Origin: Deltaproteobacteria bacterium TL4
GTDB taxonomy: Bacteria > SAR324 > NAC60-12
DNA length: 30,739 nucleotides
NCBI GenBank assembly: GCA_051382335.1
Contig: JBBCAX010000333.1
Span: 1 to 30,739, forward strand
Reading direction: 5' to 3'
The position numbers were made by a program, and so were the translations under genes. The notes beneath the pieces were generated by a model. It did no database searches and was not told where the DNA came from. It worked only from the letters and a program-made list of their open reading frames with translations. Below, piece by piece: positions 17,037-27,298 of the stretch; within the stretch, counting starts at the first letter, position 1, and each line of letters opens with the position of its first letter.

Positions 17037-19052
17037 ATGGCCTTGAAAAAAGGATCTGCCAACAATGGGCCTTGTGCCAAAAGGTACCGAAAGTTTTTTT
17101 TCATCATTGCTGGGATCGCTTTGCTGTTTATGGCCGGAGAGCGCTATTGGTATCAGCCTAATTTTGGGGACAACCAGGTAAATCAACCTACGTTCATGCA
17201 GCAATTCAATAACCGTAATGCGGTTGCGCCAGCCCAGTCACCTTACGTACAAAATGCCAATGCCGGAACACAGCTCAATTATGGCCCAGGTATCCGTGCG
17301 GAACAGGGCCCCCCCGCTTACAGACAAAATGCTGCTTCTGGAACACAGCCCTATTATGGCCCGGGTGCCCGTGCGACAACAGTGGCGATGCAGCAGAATG
17401 TAATGACTACTCCGGTGCCGGGCCTGCCGAGAAACGACGGCAATAACGCACCCCTTCCAGGGAACGTAAACCAGCAGGATTCAAGTGCCCCAACCCCGGC
17501 AACCATGGTGGCAGAATTTGCCAAACAAACAGTAGTGAATATCAGCGCGGTGCAGTTAATCACTCCTCTCACAGCAAATCAACCCGCTCAAACAGGTGTT
17601 AAATTCGCATCTCCATTTAGTGGTAAATCCATTGAAAGCATAGGTTCAGGAATCATACTGACGCCAGATGGTTACATCCTCACCAATTATCATGTCGTCG
17701 AAAAAGCAACCGAGATTTACGTGAGTGTCTTTGTCCCAAATGGGGTGACCCGTCATCATGCGGAAGTGATTCAACTTGCGGAAAGATTGGATCTGGCTTT
17801 AATCAAAATTGAGCCCAACGCCCTTTTGATTCCTGCGGCTTTAAGTACTGAAAACCGCATTATCCGGGTGGGCGAAGAAGTATTGGCGATTGGAAGCCCT
17901 TTTGGACTGGAGCAAAGTGTCAGTAAAGGCATCATCTCCGGTTTGGACAAATCAATCACCATTGATGGCATCACCCACAAAAGACTGATTCAAACCGATG
18001 CGGCCATCAACCGGGGAAACTCTGGAGGCCCCTTGGTTGACATGATGGGATATGTGGTTGGCATCAACACGGCGATTTATACCCCCACGGCCGCTTTTTC
18101 GGGAGTTGGGTTTGCGGTTCCCTCAACTCAGGCGCTTGAGTTTGTCGGTGATGTTATCCCTTTGCCTAATGTACAACCGAATTTGAACGCGCATGTACGA
18201 GCGTTTGGTATTGCTGCCCTTAATGCACCGCCTATTGTTTCAGGTGCTGTCAGGATACATGAAGACCGAGGGCCTTGTGAAACGTGTCACCAGATCATGC
18301 CTTTCACTGCGGCGCCGCCCGCTGGTGGGCAAAAGGCCGCATTTATAGTGCCCAAAACTCCAACGAATGCCCCTCAGTTTGCGATGTCCCCTTACTTCCA
18401 GGCTCAAGGAGCTCCAATCGCTTTCAACCCTCCAGGCTCAAGTCTCGATTGGATCGGCGCGGAACTTCAAAACATGACCGAAGTGCTCAGCAAGGCGTTT
18501 AACTCCGATATTACCGGTGGAATATTTTTAAGCAATGTCCGGCCCGATTCTATCGCGGACCAAGGGGGTCTGCAAGCAGGTGATATTGTTTTTCGTGTTG
18601 AGGGAAAAAAATTAAGCACCACGGAAGATCTCCTCAATTTCACTCAAGGCATGGAAGGCACCGCAAGAGTTTCCGTGATCAGGGATGGAGTGAAGCAGGA
18701 TGTTTACGTAGAACTTGACAACACTAATCCCCCTGGAGTAGTAAAAGTCGCAGGAACCGTCGCAACACCCGCGGCACCAACCCCGGTAACCGTTGTTCCA
18801 ACCCTGACTGAGCTTGAGATCTTGGGCATGGAGATGTCTCCTAACACGAATGGAGGCGCCTTGATAGGTGAAATCAGCCTGAATTCCGTAGCCTACGCCG
18901 CAGGACTTCGGATGAATGATGTGATTGTGTCTGTCGATAAAAAACCCATCGACACGCTGGATACGATGAACAAAAGCCTTGATGTGGCCAATTTAAACAA
19001 TTTGATTGAAGTGAAGCGCAATGGACGGAGTATATTCTTCACGCTTAAGTAG
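17037..19052 (+). CDS. mamE: MamE HtrA-like protease: TM, trypsin domain, magnetochrome, two PDZ
   Basis: LTNYHVV, DLALIKI and DAAINRGNSGGPL; HEDRGPCETCH; two PDZ-like repeats. Confidence 0.95.
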   Translation: MALKKGSANNGPCAKRYRKFFFIIAGIALLFMAGERYWYQPNFGDNQVNQPTFMQQFNNRNAVAPAQSPYVQNANAGTQLNYGPGIRAEQGPPAYRQNAASGTQPYYGPGARATTVAMQQNVMTTPVPGLPRNDGNNAPLPGNVNQQDSSAPTPATMVAEFAKQTVVNISAVQLITPLTANQPAQTGVKFASPFSGKSIESIGSGIILTPDGYILTNYHVVEKATEIYVSVFVPNGVTRHHAEVIQLAERLDLALIKIEPNALLIPAALSTENRIIRVGEEVLAIGSPFGLEQSVSKGIISGLDKSITIDGITHKRLIQTDAAINRGNSGGPLVDMMGYVVGINTAIYTPTAAFSGVGFAVPSTQALEFVGDVIPLPNVQPNLNAHVRAFGIAALNAPPIVSGAVRIHEDRGPCETCHQIMPFTAAPPAGGQKAAFIVPKTPTNAPQFAMSPYFQAQGAPIAFNPPGSSLDWIGAELQNMTEVLSKAFNSDITGGIFLSNVRPDSIADQGGLQAGDIVFRVEGKKLSTTEDLLNFTQGMEGTARVSVIRDGVKQDVYVELDNTNPPGVVKVAGTVATPAAPTPVTVVPTLTELEILGMEMSPNTNGGALIGEISLNSVAYAAGLRMNDVIVSVDKKPIDTLDTMNKSLDVANLNNLIEVKRNGRSIFFTLK

Positions 19053-19185
19053 TGCTATTTTAAGTGTTTGTCAGGTATTAGGGGCTGGTACTGGCAGCAA
19101 TTCGTGAGTAATCAACATCGCCTGAAAACCCGCACGAAAGTGCTCTGTTTGAATAACCTGTAAAAGGGGAGTGTGAATAGGAGAT

Positions 19186-20454
19186 ATGAGTTTGATTCAG
19201 AGAAAACTATCAACTAAAACTAAAAATCCTGAGAGTTTTGGTAGCAACACCAATGTCAGGATTTCCGGTACTGAAAATCCATGGAAAGCCGAACGGCAGG
19301 TAGTGAGACCTGCGATTCAGGTAAAAATAACGCCGAGGACCAAAAACCTGGATGACTTTATGCCCCGTAAAAACGTGGTGGCCTCTGGTGTTGACAACCC
19401 ATGGGTCGATACCCCTGCCGTAACAACAGCATCTATTCAAAGAAAGACGGCGTCCAGAATTCCAGAAAATCCCTGGAATTTCGAAAAACCCAAATCCCCT
19501 GCAACGGTTGAAGTCAAATCCATATCCTTCGGACGCACGATGCCTCAGACAAACGTACAGAGCGTGTCTTTTGAAGAAAATCCCGCGTTGAAGGAAATGC
19601 AGACAACCCTGCTGCAATTGCAAAACGCGTTTGAAAACGAAAAAAAGAAGATCTCCGATCTTCATCAAAGCCATGACAGTACTTTAAAAGCACTGGAAAA
19701 CGCCAAAAAAGAACGAGATCAACTCCAAGCTCAAAGATCTCAAAAAGAGATTGAGGAACAGCGACGAGCGGAAGAACAGAGAAGGACGGAAGAGCAAAGA
19801 AAAGCGGAAGAGCAAAGAAAAGCGGAAGAACAAAGAAAAGCGGAAGCCGCGTTGCGTGAAGAGCAAAGGATGCAGAGAGAAGCGGAAGCCGCATTGAATG
19901 AAATGAAAGCAAACATCCAAAAGCTCCAGGAGGCTTACCGACAGGAACAAGAAAAAATGGCGGAATTGGAGCGAGTGCAGACCCAAACACGCAATGAGCT
20001 GCGAACAGTTCAAAAAGAGCAGGCTCCGTCAACAGTTAGAAGCCCTCAGAAAACACCTGTTGAAACTAAAGTTGAAAGTCCTCAGAAGATCATCCTTGAG
20101 GCCCGACCGGCACCGGCCCGAGAGCAGCAAAACACGGATACCCCAGTCGCTTCAAATCAGACTGCGGCGCTTGCGCCAAGAAAGAAGAAAAGAACGGTTG
20201 CCGTTTCAGTGGTGAGAGGTCCGTCCAGGATGGTCTTAGACTCTATCCCACAGGCAAAGGAAAAAGTCACAACGTTCATAAAAAAGAAATCGCAACCTGC
20301 TGAACCAAAAGCAGAAATTCAAGTGGTTAAAAAAACAACGGAGGATTCTAAGTTGGGATTCGGAGCATTTAAGGGATTCGGCTTTGCAAGTCAGAATTCG
20401 GGTAAAAAATTGGTTGAATCTTATGAAATCGTAAGAAAGCCTAAACGTCATTAA
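19186..20454 (+). CDS. Coiled-coil protein in the mamJ position (between mamE and mamK), candidate MamK adaptor
   Basis: 422 aa with AGGAG SD; three NPW motifs, EEQRKA repeats, C-terminus LVESYEIVRKPKRH. Confidence 0.85.
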   Translation: MSLIQRKLSTKTKNPESFGSNTNVRISGTENPWKAERQVVRPAIQVKITPRTKNLDDFMPRKNVVASGVDNPWVDTPAVTTASIQRKTASRIPENPWNFEKPKSPATVEVKSISFGRTMPQTNVQSVSFEENPALKEMQTTLLQLQNAFENEKKKISDLHQSHDSTLKALENAKKERDQLQAQRSQKEIEEQRRAEEQRRTEEQRKAEEQRKAEEQRKAEAALREEQRMQREAEAALNEMKANIQKLQEAYRQEQEKMAELERVQTQTRNELRTVQKEQAPSTVRSPQKTPVETKVESPQKIILEARPAPAREQQNTDTPVASNQTAALAPRKKKRTVAVSVVRGPSRMVLDSIPQAKEKVTTFIKKKSQPAEPKAEIQVVKKTTEDSKLGFGAFKGFGFASQNSGKKLVESYEIVRKPKRH

Positions 20455-20479
20455 TAATTTAAATGGAAGGAGAGATGAA

Positions 20480-21511
20480 ATGGCAGACGGTAAAAAGCAG
20501 TTCCGAATCGGTATTGATCTTGGAACTTCAAGAACAGCTATAATGACAGAAAGAGGGACTAGAGCGGATTTTATGTCGGTGGTTGGATATCCCAGAGATA
20601 TCATTGGGACCAAGTTGCTGAATGGGACCAAGGCCATTGGGGATGAAGTCATGGAAAAGCGATCATTTCTCGATGTTTACTTTCCACTGGAGAATGGGGT
20701 TATCAAGGAAACCAGTGAAATTGATATGGAAGCTGCCAGAGATTTGTTAAAGCATGCGTTGCTCCTCGCCAAACCCGAGCCTGGTGAGGAAGTCTGCGTA
20801 GTGATTGGTGTTCCTGCCAGAGCCTCTTTTTCAAACAGGGAATCGCTTTTAAAATTGGCGCATGAATTGACCGATGTGACCTTGGTTGTTTCTGAACCGT
20901 TTTTGGTGGCCTATGGCATGAACGAATTAACCAAGTCGATCGTCGTTGATATCGGCGCGGGGACAACGGATATTTGCGCGTTAAAAGGAACGGTTCCTAA
21001 TGCCGAAGATCAAGCGACCATTTCCAAAGGTGGAAACTACGTGGATAAAGTTTTGAGGGCTTTGCTTTTAGAGCGCTATCCCGATATTCAGGTTTCCAAG
21101 CATATGGTCCAAAAGATCAAAGAACAAAACTCCTTCGTCGGTGAAATCAAGGAACCCATCATGATTGAGTTCAGAGCCAACGGAAAACCAAAGCAGTATG
21201 ATGTGTCCAAAGAGATCAAGGACGCCTGTGAAACACTAGTCCTGCCGATTATAGAGCAGATTGAATATCTACTCATGAGATTTGATCCGGATGATCAAGC
21301 AGAAGCACTTCGACATATCTACCTGGCCGGCAACGGTTCGAGGATTCGAGGCATGGACGCGGCCATCGTGGAAGCGCTACAAGAGTATGGTGAGATTAAT
21401 GTAATGTGTGTGGATGACCCTGATTATGCTTGTTGCAAAGGGGCTTTAGGCATTGCGATGGATCTTCCTGTGGCTCATTGGAATCAGATCGGGGATGTCA
21501 TTGGAACATAG
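20480..21511 (+). CDS. mamK: MamK actin-like protein
   Basis: IGIDLGTSRT, SVVGYPRDIIG, VVSEPF and VDIGAGTTDIC; 343 aa; precedes mamL. Confidence 0.96.
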   Translation: MADGKKQFRIGIDLGTSRTAIMTERGTRADFMSVVGYPRDIIGTKLLNGTKAIGDEVMEKRSFLDVYFPLENGVIKETSEIDMEAARDLLKHALLLAKPEPGEEVCVVIGVPARASFSNRESLLKLAHELTDVTLVVSEPFLVAYGMNELTKSIVVDIGAGTTDICALKGTVPNAEDQATISKGGNYVDKVLRALLLERYPDIQVSKHMVQKIKEQNSFVGEIKEPIMIEFRANGKPKQYDVSKEIKDACETLVLPIIEQIEYLLMRFDPDDQAEALRHIYLAGNGSRIRGMDAAIVEALQEYGEINVMCVDDPDYACCKGALGIAMDLPVAHWNQIGDVIGT

Positions 21512-21514
21512 ACC

Positions 21515-21736
21515 ATGTTTAAGCGTATAGCGACATTTATTATAATACTGCTGCTATTGATCTTTGCCTTGCAGAATTTCGACATTGTGCAAGTGCGATT
21601 CATTGTAGGCCCCGTGATGAGAATACCCTTATCCTTTGTGATGGCAGCGGGGTTCATACTCGGGTATCTCTTGTGTTATTTCGGTAACATCTTTAAAAGT
21701 TTAAAGAACAGGAAAAAAGAGCAAATTGAAGAATGA
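21515..21736 (+). CDS. mamL: MamL
   Basis: 73 aa, two TM helices (IFALQN...GFILG) and a basic tail; located between mamK and mamM. Confidence 0.82.
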   Translation: MFKRIATFIIILLLLIFALQNFDIVQVRFIVGPVMRIPLSFVMAAGFILGYLLCYFGNIFKSLKNRKKEQIEE

Positions 21737-22102
21737 TGAAGGTGCCTCTCCCAAAAAAAGAGGCTTCACTGCTGTTAACATGCCTGTCTTTGTAGGTGAG
21801 GTTAAGCAAGTTTGACTTCGGGCAGTTTTTTAAGAAACGAGGACGGACTTTCAACTCCACATACGAGCTACTTGCGGTTTGAGGCTCCAGTTCTCATTTA
21901 TTGAAGAGCGCCCTCTGGCCTGTTCGGAGGAAACCTACCCCGCCGTAAATGAGCCTCGCCTGTCATGACCTTACACCTTTAATTTGAGAGTTATCAGTTT
22001 TCAGTGTTTGTGAATGATTGTCTTTAGTTTTGCTCCAACGGAACAAAAGTCACTTTGGATGGGGAACCCCATCAATGAGCCAACAAAAGGATAAAACCCA
22101 AG

Positions 22103-23014
22103 ATGCAAATTGCTAATTGTACCGTCTGCTATAGATTTGTCGGCTGGATTGGGTTAGGAAGCAATCTGTTTATGTCGCTGCTAAAGCTGTTTGTCGGTAT
22201 TGTCTCCGGTTCTCAGGCCTTGATTGCGGACGCGATGTATTCGGCCAAGGATTTGGTGACCTCGATATTGATCATCGTAGGGCTGAAGATTTCCGTTAAG
22301 CCTGTGGATAAAGAACACATGTATGGACATGGCAAAGTGGAATTCCTCCTTGCCTTGGTGGTCAGTATCGTCTTTATCATTGTGACCGGAATGATTTTAT
22401 TCTTTACCGCGGATCATTTCATTCAAGGAAAGCACAAAGTTCCTAATTTGATTGCCCTTTTTACTGCCCTGTTTTCGATTGTAACTAATTTATTTCTCTA
22501 TAAATACACTCGATGCGTAACCCGGCAGATCAATAGTCCGATGGTAAAGACCTTGTCCAAACATCATTGGGCGGACATGCTCTCATCCCTTGCGGTAGCT
22601 GGGGGTATTATTGGGGCACACTATTTGGGGCTGACTTGGCTGGACTCTCTGATTGCGATTTTTGAGACCTTACATCTTTTATACCTGGGCGTTGAAGTCT
22701 TGTGGGAAGCGGTTCAAGGACTGATGGATTACTCCGCACCTGAAGAGATGCTGGATGAAATCAAAAAGAACGCCTTGGAAGTGGACAAGGTCAGAAGTTT
22801 AGTGAGTTTGAAGACAAGACGTATTGGTCAGGGATTATGGATTGATATTGTGATTGGTGTGGACCCGGATATGAATGTTGGTGACGCACATAAAGTGATG
22901 AAATCCGTTGAGCTGAATATTTTCAACTCCCTGGATCATATCACCAACATCAATGTACGTTTTGAGTCAGTTGAGGGATTACCCCAAATGGACTTATTAC
23001 CTGTAGGAGAATAA
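22103..23014 (+). CDS. mamM: MamM CDF transporter
   Basis: N-terminal CTVC..VGWIGL, GSQALIADAMYSAKD, YGHGKVEF and HHWAD. Confidence 0.94.
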   Translation: MQIANCTVCYRFVGWIGLGSNLFMSLLKLFVGIVSGSQALIADAMYSAKDLVTSILIIVGLKISVKPVDKEHMYGHGKVEFLLALVVSIVFIIVTGMILFFTADHFIQGKHKVPNLIALFTALFSIVTNLFLYKYTRCVTRQINSPMVKTLSKHHWADMLSSLAVAGGIIGAHYLGLTWLDSLIAIFETLHLLYLGVEVLWEAVQGLMDYSAPEEMLDEIKKNALEVDKVRSLVSLKTRRIGQGLWIDIVIGVDPDMNVGDAHKVMKSVELNIFNSLDHITNINVRFESVEGLPQMDLLPVGE

Positions 23015-23019
23015 GGGCG

Positions 23020-24840
23020 GTGAAAGCACGAAAATTCTTTTGTTTAAGCCCATGGAAAGCAATGGCGGTTTTTCTCTCAATAACAGGGATTGCCTTGTTT
23101 ATGTGGGGAGTGCATATTTTAAGGGAACACTCGGAATATAACGCGTTCAACTATGTCGACAGCACGGAGCCAAAGGCGATTAGCATCAAAGCCGAAATGC
23201 CTCCGCAACCCGCCTTCTCGTCGAACTTTGAGAAAACCGTTGTTTCTGTCGCGGGAGAACTTGAGAATCAATTCATTCCTGTAGGTTCCGGCGTTGTGGT
23301 GAGTGAGTCGGGGCATATCGTTACCGCCTTGCATCTCATTTCCAATTTCAAAATTCTTCGGGTTGAGATCCACCATCAGTTCTATGACGCTCAGGTGATT
23401 AAGAAAATATACGATCATGACTTGGTACTGCTGAAAGTCATATCCAACGACATCTTTCCCTATACCCGTCTCGAATGCCCCCTGCCGGACCGTGGTGAAA
23501 CCGTGTATGCCTTTGGTATTGATAACGGTTTGATCGCCAGACAGGGTATTATCAATGGCGTCGGACTGAATCTCAACATCAATCAAACCACTTATCGGAA
23601 TTTGTTAAAAACGGACGCCATCTATACCTGGACACAAAGCGGCGGCCCGTTAATGAATATCTACGGACACATGATCGGGCTCAATATCGCGGTCAATGAG
23701 CCCACCGGATTTACAGGATACGCCGTGCCGTCACTTGAGGTGTGCACGGGTTTCCGGGATATGGTGGACTTTGATGTTTTAAAAAACTTAGATTTATATA
23801 CTGAAGAAATTCAGGCCAAATGGATCCAGAGAGCCAAGGATTTTGCTGAAAGCGTGCAAGAGGTCATCGTATCCAATAAACTGGAACAAATCGACTTGTA
23901 TGCGGAGGATTATTCGAAACAGGGGTGGGAGCAAGCACGAAGTCTCGCGAATAAAATGGTCGAAGTTTATAATAAAGCGGAGGGGATCGATTACACACTG
24001 AAGATTCTTACAGAACCAGATCTCTATATTTGGGGACATACCATCAACTCGATTTTTGGCCTCTTGCTTTTGGGATTTATCTCTGGTGTCAGTGCGGGCA
24101 TGGTCACCATGGGAGGTGGGATCATCAAGATCAGCGGCTTGATGCTGATCTTTGGTTATGGGCTATCGGTCATCCGCCCTGTAGCTTATATTACCAACAT
24201 CTTTGTCTATGGCGCGGCCGCGATACGGTACAAGAAAGACAAGCTGATTTCATGGGGGAATGTGACGCCCCTGATTCCATTTGCGATTGTGGGCTTTCTC
24301 ATCGGATATTTCACAGGAAACTATCTGGACAATACCACCATACGCTATATGCTGGGTGTCTTTGCGGCATGGATTGGGTTCAAAATGGTGTTGGAAATCT
24401 ATCAAAGCCTGTCCGGTCGAAGTGTAGCAGAACCTGAACCTACACCTGAGGGAGAGGGACATCATCTTAAAAACAGTTGGCTTGGACTGCCGATGGGAAT
24501 CATTAGTGGTATTTTGGGCATCAGCGGAGGCGTGATTGAAGTTCCTTTACAGCGGTATTTTGCCAAAGTTCCCTTGAAAGAAGCGATTGCGAATAGTTCG
24601 GTGTTAGTCTTTTGGACCTCTTTTTTAGGGGCGATTGTCGCCATGGTCCACGGAGGATACATTGGCGCTTTTGATGTTCACACACCGATCATTTTAGCAG
24701 TGATTGTGATCCCGGGCGCCTATTTTGGCGGTATGGCGGGAGCGTGGCTCACCAAAAATATTCCACTCAACGCACTAAGAACAATCTATGCCCTGTTGAT
24801 GTTCCTCATTGCGGCAAGAATGCTTGTTTCTTATGTGTAA
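23020..24840 (+). CDS. mamO: MamO: trypsin-like domain fused to a TauE-like transporter
   Basis: VGSGVVV..GHIVTALH, HDLVLL and TDAIYTWTQSGGPL; C-terminal TMGGGI, GILGISGGVIEVPLQRY and AIANSSVLVFW; GTG start. Confidence 0.94.
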   Translation: MKARKFFCLSPWKAMAVFLSITGIALFMWGVHILREHSEYNAFNYVDSTEPKAISIKAEMPPQPAFSSNFEKTVVSVAGELENQFIPVGSGVVVSESGHIVTALHLISNFKILRVEIHHQFYDAQVIKKIYDHDLVLLKVISNDIFPYTRLECPLPDRGETVYAFGIDNGLIARQGIINGVGLNLNINQTTYRNLLKTDAIYTWTQSGGPLMNIYGHMIGLNIAVNEPTGFTGYAVPSLEVCTGFRDMVDFDVLKNLDLYTEEIQAKWIQRAKDFAESVQEVIVSNKLEQIDLYAEDYSKQGWEQARSLANKMVEVYNKAEGIDYTLKILTEPDLYIWGHTINSIFGLLLLGFISGVSAGMVTMGGGIIKISGLMLIFGYGLSVIRPVAYITNIFVYGAAAIRYKKDKLISWGNVTPLIPFAIVGFLIGYFTGNYLDNTTIRYMLGVFAAWIGFKMVLEIYQSLSGRSVAEPEPTPEGEGHHLKNSWLGLPMGIISGILGISGGVIEVPLQRYFAKVPLKEAIANSSVLVFWTSFLGAIVAMVHGGYIGAFDVHTPIILAVIVIPGAYFGGMAGAWLTKNIPLNALRTIYALLMFLIAARMLVSYV

Positions 24841-24949
24841 AAGGTGAGCCTTCTGCTCCAACGGAGCCTTTTATCAAAGGAAATCCTAGCTTCCAAGCCA
24901 GGTCATTATTCACAGTGTGATACGTAGTATTAAGAACCAACGGAGAAAA

Positions 24950-25612
24950 ATGAGTAACAAAAAGAAAACACCTGTCAAAGATGTTGACATCATGGATAGT
25001 GTAGGTTTTTACCTGCACTCCAGTCTCATAGTGATGAAAAAAATCGCGGATTCTTCTATTGAATTGTACAAAGGCCTTTTTAATGTGGACAGTGAAGATC
25101 AGGTCACTTATTATCGAACCAAAGGGATTGATCACGCAAAGAAAGCAAAGTATCAGAAAGCCCTTCCACTGTTGAATATCGCCAGGCAGGAAAACCCCGA
25201 GGATGAAACGGTTTTATATTACCTTGGGCTGTCCTTGATCAAAACAGGAGATCATAAGCAAGGGATTGAGGTTCTTGAAGAGGGAGCCAAACTTGACAAT
25301 AAAAATATCAAATTATTTACTTTGCTAGGGACCTCCTACAGTAAATTGGAGGAGTACAACAAAGCGATCCAGGTTTTTGAACAAGCCCTTGCTTTTGAAA
25401 AAACGGTCAACCTGTATTATCGACTGGGTTTTGCCTATGATAATGAAAAAAATCATGATAAAGCCATAGCGTGTTTCAAAGAAGCGATGCTCCTCGAACC
25501 TGACAATGTTAAAGTCTGTCACGCTATCGGTTTGGCTTATGAGTCCAAGGGGAATCGTGACGAAGCGGTAAAATTTTTTAAGAAGGCCTTGGAACTCGAA
25601 GAGGATGTGTAA
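24950..25612 (+). CDS. mamA: MamA TPR protein
   Basis: YYRTKGI followed by about five TPR motifs ending A..FFKKALELEE; position between mamO and mamQ; GGAG SD before ATG 24950. Confidence 0.9.
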   Translation: MSNKKKTPVKDVDIMDSVGFYLHSSLIVMKKIADSSIELYKGLFNVDSEDQVTYYRTKGIDHAKKAKYQKALPLLNIARQENPEDETVLYYLGLSLIKTGDHKQGIEVLEEGAKLDNKNIKLFTLLGTSYSKLEEYNKAIQVFEQALAFEKTVNLYYRLGFAYDNEKNHDKAIACFKEAMLLEPDNVKVCHAIGLAYESKGNRDEAVKFFKKALELEEDV

Positions 25613-25617
25613 TTTTT

Positions 25618-26370
25618 ATGAGTGAAGAAAAGTCTCCAGAGACAGCAAAAGCCGAACGTCTGCAGCATATGAGGGAACTGGCGCAGAGTTTGTTTACCGT
25701 AGAGGCCCCTCGACCGAAAAAAAGCCAGCGTGAGCTTGATGCCGATCGGAGGTTTTTTATTGTCGCGAGTATCGCCTTTATTATCTTTGCGGTTGCTATT
25801 TTTTTTAGAGTGAATCGGTTCATTGATTTGGAAGAAAAGGTTACTGCGTCTGACGGTAAGCTGGAAGTAGCCATGCAAAGGCGGGCCAACTTGTTCAAAA
25901 ATATTGTCAACGCAACCCTCAATCAGGCAACCCTGGAATATGAGTTGGTAAAACATATCGCTGATTCCCGTTCACCATTGAAAAACGCGCAAAAATTAAA
26001 AAAAGTGGAATTAGATCTGGAGTCCCTGGAAAAATTAAAATCGTCTCCGAATATTGAGGTTTCTCTGCCACAACTGACAGCCTTGGTGGAACAATATCCG
26101 CAAATCAAATTTTCATCAACGTACTCACAGTTGATTGATAATTTGATGGAGATTGAGAATATTATTTCAGAAAGACGGAACGACCGCACTGAAGCCATTA
26201 AGGCTTACAATACAGACATCTCCATATTTCCGCACTATTTTCTGGCGAAAATAGCAGGTTTCAATCGTTATAAATACTTTGAAATCGAAGAGGTATCGCT
26301 AAAGAACGCGCCTGTGTTAAACGCAGAAAAATACGACAGACTTTTACCAGCAGAAACGCATTCCCAATAG
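25618..26370 (+). CDS. mamQ: MamQ (LemA family)
   Basis: QRRANLFKNIVNATLNQA.LEYEL and ALVEQYPQIK; follows mamA. Confidence 0.92.
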   Translation: MSEEKSPETAKAERLQHMRELAQSLFTVEAPRPKKSQRELDADRRFFIVASIAFIIFAVAIFFRVNRFIDLEEKVTASDGKLEVAMQRRANLFKNIVNATLNQATLEYELVKHIADSRSPLKNAQKLKKVELDLESLEKLKSSPNIEVSLPQLTALVEQYPQIKFSSTYSQLIDNLMEIENIISERRNDRTEAIKAYNTDISIFPHYFLAKIAGFNRYKYFEIEEVSLKNAPVLNAEKYDRLLPAETHSQ

Positions 26371-26433
26371 GTTTCTGAATTATATCCGCGCTGATCAGCG
26401 GCTGAGCCCTAACCATACAAAAAAGATACTCCC

Positions 26434-27297
26434 ATGAGAAGTCAAGAGTGCTATCAGTGTAGAGTCGAAGTAACCTGGTTCTCACTTATCGTCAATATTT
26501 TCCAGGCGTCTCTAAAATGGATACTTGGGATCATGTACAATAGCTCTGCGCTAATCGCAGATGGGGTGCACTCGTCGGTTGATGTAATTTCAAGCTCTGT
26601 AACCATGGTTAGCGTTAAGATTTCCAGCAAACCTCCGAGTGAAAAATATACTTATGGCTACGGTAACGCTCAATTTATTTCAGAGGCGATTGTGGGGACG
26701 TTGTTGATTTTGGGAGCCAGCTATCTTTTTGTCCACTCAACAATCAATATTATGACGGGAAACCTTGAGGTACCTGGGAAAATAACCATTTTGGGCGCTT
26801 CAGTTTCGATCATCATGAACGCTCTTTTGTTCAAATACCAAAGTTGTGTTGCCAAAGAAAACAACAGTCCCGCTATCATGTCCAACGCTTGGGATAACCG
26901 ATCCGATGCCCTTTCTTCTGTAGCAGTACTTGTCGGAATCATCTTTGCTACTTTTGGATTCCCTGCCGCTGACCCGCTTGCGGCTATCGCCGTATCCTTG
27001 GTGATCGTCAAAATTGGTGTTGAACTGATCATGGACGCCATCAATGGTCTGATGGATCATTCTCCCGATCTAAACGAATTGCACGAGGTTTATTACGCAT
27101 CCAGAAAAGTCCAGGGTGTGCGTGGGATTTCCTCACTCCGAATCCGAAGAAGCGGCGAAACCTCCAGTGTTGATATTGGCATTCAGGTTCGCCCCGAACT
27201 CAAGGTTTATGAAGGGGATCTCATTGCACTGGCTGTAAAATCAAAAATTATTAAAGTGCTTGGACGTGCAGAAGTCCAGGTCTTTGTTGGAGTTTAA
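26434..27297 (+). CDS. mamB: MamB CDF transporter
   Basis: CYQCR.EV.W, ADGVHSSVD, YGYGNAQFIS, NSPAIMSNAWDNRSDA and VYEGDLI. Confidence 0.94.
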   Translation: MRSQECYQCRVEVTWFSLIVNIFQASLKWILGIMYNSSALIADGVHSSVDVISSSVTMVSVKISSKPPSEKYTYGYGNAQFISEAIVGTLLILGASYLFVHSTINIMTGNLEVPGKITILGASVSIIMNALLFKYQSCVAKENNSPAIMSNAWDNRSDALSSVAVLVGIIFATFGFPAADPLAAIAVSLVIVKIGVELIMDAINGLMDHSPDLNELHEVYYASRKVQGVRGISSLRIRRSGETSSVDIGIQVRPELKVYEGDLIALAVKSKIIKVLGRAEVQVFVGV

Positions 27298-27298
27298 A

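Noticed and set aside
19186..20454. Calling this gene mamJ
   Set aside because: The position fits, but I see no MamJ-like acidic repeat domain or sequence motif, so it is left unnamed
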